This document shows, piece by piece, positions 33,340 through 37,308 of a stretch of DNA of 37,308 bases. Source of the DNA: Verrucomicrobiota bacterium. GTDB taxonomy: Bacteria; Verrucomicrobiota; Verrucomicrobiia; Opitutales; Opitutaceae. The stretch's first letter is position 1, and every line of letters begins with the position of its first letter. The stretch covers positions 1 to 37,308 of the forward strand of contig JAYTWC010000571.1 in the NCBI GenBank assembly GCA_043743635.1. The letters are read 5' to 3'. The notes under the pieces are model-generated. The model did no database searches. It was given only the letters and a program-made list of their open reading frames with translations, and had not been told where the DNA came from. A program made the translations under genes and the position numbers.

Positions 33340-34668
33340 TTAGCCCACAAACCGCCACCAGAGCATCCGCTCACCGAGACAGGCGTTGATCCATTTCTCG
33401 AAATTGATCCCGGGAGGGAATATCTTGGCGATCTGTTTAATATGCTCTAACGGAATCTCGACATTACGCGGCCCTTTGATGTCGAGGATTTGCTTCTCTT
33501 CATCACCCATCGGACCGTTAAAAATCGCGAGCGTAGCCCGTACGGGCGCCATGACCCGGTAGAATGCAATCCGCCCACCCATGGCCGCACGGACGCATTT
33601 AATTGCACCAAGACAATTCAACATTTCATCGCCTTCCATCATCAATTTCTCCGGTGTGGCTATATACTCGATTTTGTCCGTACCTGGCACAGGCGCTGGC
33701 GGAAATACCAACTCTTTCAAATAGGGGCGCAGCCATTCCATAGGAGCCCGTGACGGCTTGCACCATTGAAGCGTTTTCGCGGTCTCAATATCGATAAATT
33801 TGGCATCTAGAAATTCGTTTATTTTCCAAAGGTGCCCGTGAAGCATTCTATTCATAACTCTCTTTGACTGCTTCAAACAACGAGGATCAAACCACTGCGC
33901 GGTCATGGGGTGAGTCAGGAAGATGATCAACGTGGCCAGTTCTCCTCCCGCCCGCTTCAAAATCGGGCCAAGAACCGGATCGCTCAGAAAAGTGAGGATG
34001 CGCTTGATCGCCATACCTGCACAAGATGTTCTGGCTGGCTTCAAAAGCCGCTCCAGCGCGTTGAGTGTGGATTGCTCCGGCGAAAAACCTAACCAGCCAA
34101 GAATATCGCGCCTTCGTCTGCCAATCTGCTGGCGCACCTCCGGCCAGTTTTTGCAGCGAACCCCAGGAAACTCCCAGTGCCGGGCAAGCGCGGTGGCGAG
34201 CAAGGGATTATGCTCAACCAAATCCATCGCGGCGGGTGCCTGTACAAACAATTCCACTGCGGAGAAAAAATCGCATTCAAGACGACCTGCGCATCGGAGA
34301 AGCGAAACAGGCAACATCGCCAACAGCTGCCGCCAGTGATGGCATCCATAGGCAAACCTGCGCTCGGGGTTTTCCATGACCCAGGCCATGCAAACCTGCC
34401 CAGTGCTTCGCTCGTAGAACGCATTCCCGTGAGGGATAAAAATGATACCGTTCCGAAACACGTATGAATCACCCCAAAAACCAGCAACCAGGAGGTCTCG
34501 GAAAGCGCAGCGTATCGACTGCCAGTCGTTTTTCGCCTGACGGCGCTCGGCAATCACTTCCGGCCAGACACGAAAGCGAAACAGCTCCTCGTCGTCGCTG
34601 TAATAGAGCCAGCCGTCACGAAAACCAAAACGAGGATGCGCTACCGCATGAGTGACATTTTTCAGCAT
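33340..34668 (-). CDS. Hypothetical protein, C-terminal region weakly PcfJ-like
   Basis: 442 aa. The C-terminal segment ATPEKLMMEGDEMLNCLGAIKCVRAAMGGRIAFYRV...RATLAIF...ILDIKGPRN resembles the PcfJ-like domain pattern, with H replaced by N. This is an assignment by eye only. Confidence 0.5.
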   Translation of the reverse strand: MLKNVTHAVAHPRFGFRDGWLYYSDDEELFRFRVWPEVIAERRQAKNDWQSIRCAFRDLLVAGFWGDSYVFRNGIIFIPHGNAFYERSTGQVCMAWVMENPERRFAYGCHHWRQLLAMLPVSLLRCAGRLECDFFSAVELFVQAPAAMDLVEHNPLLATALARHWEFPGVRCKNWPEVRQQIGRRRRDILGWLGFSPEQSTLNALERLLKPARTSCAGMAIKRILTFLSDPVLGPILKRAGGELATLIIFLTHPMTAQWFDPRCLKQSKRVMNRMLHGHLWKINEFLDAKFIDIETAKTLQWCKPSRAPMEWLRPYLKELVFPPAPVPGTDKIEYIATPEKLMMEGDEMLNCLGAIKCVRAAMGGRIAFYRVMAPVRATLAIFNGPMGDEEKQILDIKGPRNVEIPLEHIKQIAKIFPPGINFEKWINACLGERMLWWRFVG

Positions 34669-34690
34669 ACCCCCATGGTATTACTAGGCC

Positions 34691-34709
34691 TCGGACAACT
34701 GTTGTCCGA
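34691..34709. promoter_or_regulatory. Palindromic operator candidate, site 3: TCGGACA-ACTGT-TGTCCGA (followed by GTGAA)
   Basis: Perfect 7-5-7 inverted repeat centred in the 64-bp divergent intergenic region. It lies 22 nt from the 442-aa gene ATG and 23 nt from the DUF2779 ATG. Confidence 0.6.
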
Positions 34710-34732
34710 GTGAATGCAGTATTCTCCTCCCC

Positions 34733-36652
34733 ATGAAAAAGCCTTCGCCCTACCTCACCAAGTCCGACTTCAAGGCCTGTTTGGATTGCCGAACTAAGCT
34801 GTACTACCGCAAATACCGGTACGCCAGTTCGCTCGATGATGACGACTACATGCGTTTCCTCGCTGACGGTGGCTTCATGGTCGAAACAGTCGCAAAGGCT
34901 AAATATCCGTCGGGTGTCGATCTCGCCGACGAACGCGATCCACAAAAGGCATTTGCCGAGACAAAGCGGCGCATTGAAGCTGGCGATTGCGTGCTGTTCG
35001 AGGCTGCCGCGATTGCTGGAAAATACTATGTGCGGACAGATATATTAAAACGAGAAGGTCGTGTGCTACACCTGATCGAGGTGAAGTCATCGTCGCTCGG
35101 CGAAGAAGAGGAGGACGTGATGTCACCGTTTCTCACTAAGAAAGGCGAAGTCGCCAGTAAATGGTATCCGTACCTGACGGATGTGTCCTTTCAAACCCAT
35201 GTTCTGCGGCTAGCGTTTCCGGAATTTGAAGTGCGTCCGCAACTTTGCGTCATCGACAAAACCCAGCGCGTAACCGCAGCCGAAACCTTGGCTCACTTCA
35301 GCCTGCAACGTGATGCCGGCAACCCCAAGTCACGACCCGAGGTCAGCTATTCTGGCGATTTGAAAGATTTATTGGAGGCCAAGGTCGTCTGCTTCCATCC
35401 AGTTGAACACGAGGTGAGCTTACTGATGCCCGAGGTAACAGCCCGAGCCGAGGAATTGGCTGAATTGATCGCGCCCGATGGCACAACGACACGCGCCAAA
35501 GAAGATATTGCCGACAAATACCGGACATGCCGCGCATGCGAATATCGTCTTCACGACGATCCAAAAGACGGATTTCACGAATGCTGGCATCAACTGGCTG
35601 ACGCCAAACCCCACATACTCGAACTCTATCAGATTGGACGGATCGGTGGCGCCAAAGTGATCGATCCGGTCCCAGCGTTGCTGAAAAGAGGTAAGGCCTC
35701 ACTCCTAGATCTGGAAGCGTTCGAGTTAGGCAAGGAAGGGAACTTGCAACAGCGCCGACTGCTCCAGTGGCAGCATTCCAAAGATGGCGGCTCCGAGCAT
35801 CTGCCGACCGAACTGATCGCTGAGCTAAAATCCCACGAGACAAACCCAGGATGGCCGCTCCACTTCATGGATTTTGAAGCCTGCAACATCGCACTTCCTC
35901 ATCACGCCGGTTTGAAGCCGTACGAGCGGGTTGCCTTCCAATGGAGTGTTCACACCGTCAACCGCGATGGCTCGCTAGCTCATGCCGAATGGTTAAACAC
36001 AAAGAAGGATTTCCCGAATTTCGCCTTTGCGCAAACGCTCCGTGCGCAGATTAAAGACTCTGGCACGGTGTACGTGTGGTCGCCTTACGAAAAATCCACG
36101 CTCAGCCGTGTGTTGATCCAGATCGGCGAGTGGATTCACCGTGATTGCGAAGAGGCGGTGCGCGTTTCCGGCCTGCCCACACGAGCTGCACTGATGGACC
36201 TCGCCCAGTGGATTGACCAACTGCTCGGGCCAGAGGACGTCGACGGGAAACGGAACCACTCAACGCGAATTCGTGATCTGCACGACTTAGCCCGCAGTTA
36301 CTATTTCCATCCACGGATGGCCGGCCGTACATCCATCAAGGTGGTATTGCCCGCCATCTGGGAGTCCGATGCCGCGATCAGAAATCACCCGTGGTTTAAG
36401 AAATACCTAAAACTCGATCTCAATGGTAAACCACTCGACCCCTACAAGACGCTGCCGCCGTTGCCAGTCGAAGATGGAGAAGACGACGTCGTCCGTGAAG
36501 GCTCTGGCGCGGTTCGCGTTTATCAGGATCTAATTTTCACCGACACATCCGAACGCGACACCGAGAGTCGGCGCAGGCTTCTGCTTCAATACTGCGAACT
36601 GGATACCGCGGCCATGGTCATGATCTGGATGCATTGGAAAGCAGGAAAATAG
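34733..36652 (+). CDS. DUF2779 protein (N-terminal PD-(D/E)xK nuclease plus C-terminal RNase H-like/DEDD-like exonuclease module)
   Basis: 639 aa. The N-terminus is LTKSDFKACLDCRTKLYY. The nuclease core is D...LHLIEVKSS. The hallmark DUF2779 block is HFMDFEACNIALPHHAGLKPYERVAFQWSVH. Confidence 0.75.
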   Translation: MKKPSPYLTKSDFKACLDCRTKLYYRKYRYASSLDDDDYMRFLADGGFMVETVAKAKYPSGVDLADERDPQKAFAETKRRIEAGDCVLFEAAAIAGKYYVRTDILKREGRVLHLIEVKSSSLGEEEEDVMSPFLTKKGEVASKWYPYLTDVSFQTHVLRLAFPEFEVRPQLCVIDKTQRVTAAETLAHFSLQRDAGNPKSRPEVSYSGDLKDLLEAKVVCFHPVEHEVSLLMPEVTARAEELAELIAPDGTTTRAKEDIADKYRTCRACEYRLHDDPKDGFHECWHQLADAKPHILELYQIGRIGGAKVIDPVPALLKRGKASLLDLEAFELGKEGNLQQRRLLQWQHSKDGGSEHLPTELIAELKSHETNPGWPLHFMDFEACNIALPHHAGLKPYERVAFQWSVHTVNRDGSLAHAEWLNTKKDFPNFAFAQTLRAQIKDSGTVYVWSPYEKSTLSRVLIQIGEWIHRDCEEAVRVSGLPTRAALMDLAQWIDQLLGPEDVDGKRNHSTRIRDLHDLARSYYFHPRMAGRTSIKVVLPAIWESDAAIRNHPWFKKYLKLDLNGKPLDPYKTLPPLPVEDGEDDVVREGSGAVRVYQDLIFTDTSERDTESRRRLLLQYCELDTAAMVMIWMHWKAGK

Positions 36653-36656
36653 ACCC

Positions 36657-37308
36657 ATGCACAGACAAAGAGAGCTCAGAGCGCCTGATCAAAAAACTGT
36701 GCCCGCCAGAATCGCTGTCCTGTCGGACATTCATTCCAATCTGGACGCACTCAAAGCCGTGCTCCGGGACGCACGTCAGCGCGGAGTGGAAGCGTATCTC
36801 TGCTTGGGCGATATTGTGGGGTTCGGCCCAAAGCCAGAGGCATGCGTCCGGCTTATTCGTGCCACCGGCATGCCCACGATCCTTGGCAACCATGACGAAT
36901 GGGCGGTGTCGGCTGTTGGCAGGCAGGCAACGCCTTCGGCTGGGGCGGATTTCAAGGGTTTCAAAGACCCACTCTCGCCGCTCCACGCCGCATCCCGCGA
37001 ATGGCTGCGCACCCGGCCTCATCTTTTCGAGTCATGGGGGATGTCAGCGGCGCACAGTTCTTTCGCTTGTCCCGAAAAATGGAATTACCTCATCACACGC
37101 CAAGCGGCCATCGACTCCTTCCTTCAACAACCGACTGATATCGCCTTTTTCGGCCATACTCACACCCAGGGTTTTTGGGATGAGTCCAGTTCTTCATTCA
37201 CCGCGCCCACCGATTCGACTGAGTTCGCCCTGTGTCCCAATCGGCGTTACGCAATCAATCCCGGCAGTGTCGGCAACCCCCTTGATGATTCAGCGTTAGA
37301 GGCCTGTT
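36657..37308 (+). CDS. Metallophosphoesterase (YfcE/MJ0936-like), paralog 2, 3'-truncated by window end
   Basis: It is not in the ORF track because it has no stop within the window. My translation from ATG36657 is MHRQRELRAPDQKTVPARIAVLSDIHSNLDALKAVLRDARQRGVEAYLCLGDIVGFG...GNHDEW...FFGHTHTQGFW...YAINPGSVGNP. It starts 4 nt after the DUF2779 stop and is collinear with the 31618..32394 protein. Confidence 0.8.
   Translation, partial: MHRQRELRAPDQKTVPARIAVLSDIHSNLDALKAVLRDARQRGVEAYLCLGDIVGFGPKPEACVRLIRATGMPTILGNHDEWAVSAVGRQATPSAGADFKGFKDPLSPLHAASREWLRTRPHLFESWGMSAAHSSFACPEKWNYLITRQAAIDSFLQQPTDIAFFGHTHTQGFWDESSSSFTAPTDSTEFALCPNRRYAINPGSVGNPLDDSALEAC

Noticed and set aside
36711-36730. TCGGACATTC, resembling the left half of the operator palindrome, inside the second MPE gene.
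   Set aside because: It is a half-site only with no TGTCCGA partner. It is explained by the codons for the conserved LSDIH motif.
36634-37299. 221-aa track ORF at the window end.
   Set aside because: It is out of frame relative to the reading frame opening at ATG36657. That frame encodes a clear metallophosphoesterase (LSDIH, GDIVGFG, GNHD, GHTH) and runs off the window.
1-37308. Search for CRISPR arrays, IS elements, integrases, att-like terminal repeats and rRNA.
   Set aside because: I found no regularly spaced direct repeats, no DDE or tyrosine/serine recombinase motifs in any sizeable ORF, and no rRNA-like sequence. The only convincing long-range repeat is the pglX-tail duplication, which is reported as a finding.

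Overview
This window is a GC-rich (roughly 55-60%) bacterial defence island with no rRNA, tRNA, CRISPR array, transposase or integrase that I can recognise. Its core is a complete type 1 BREX operon on the + strand, in the order brxA-brxB-brxC ... pglX ... pglZ-brxL, spanning about 5.66-27.4 kb. Both internal BREX junctions are filled with co-oriented cargo, much of it translationally coupled through ATGA start/stop overlaps. (i) Between brxC and pglX sits an AbiE-like pair, a wHTH protein plus a Pol-beta-fold nucleotidyltransferase. (ii) Between pglX and pglZ sits an ABC-three-component (ABC-3C) cassette: a DUF4297-type nuclease effector, a middle component and a DUF3732 ABC ATPase. It is followed by a Zn-ribbon/PD-(D/E)xK-like gene coupled to a DUF262/DUF1524 (GmrSD/BrxU-like) type IV restriction gene. 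A degenerate, in-frame copy of the pglX 3' end lies directly after the ABC-3C cassette, which marks that cassette as an insertion bracketed by direct repeats. pglX also has a central segment of about 1 kb with lower GC. Downstream of brxL are three tightly packed accessory genes: an HExxH protein, a secreted Sel1-repeat protein and a membrane DUF2726 protein. Next comes an HTH-WYL regulator coupled to a strongly low-GC orphan gene. The window ends with a mirror-image divergent cluster, [PcfJ-like? -> LRR protein -> metallophosphoesterase] <-> [DUF2779 nuclease -> paralogous metallophosphoesterase]. The same 7-5-7 palindrome, TCGG(A/T)CA-N5-TGTCCGA, occurs in exactly the three intergenic regions that head these units. 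I read this as one WYL-type regulon and the best candidate here for an undescribed system. Upstream of BREX is a chain of small ATGA-coupled genes led by a lambda-phosphatase-like metallophosphoesterase, including two paralogous 81-85 aa genes. All functional calls come from motif recognition by eye, not from database searches.
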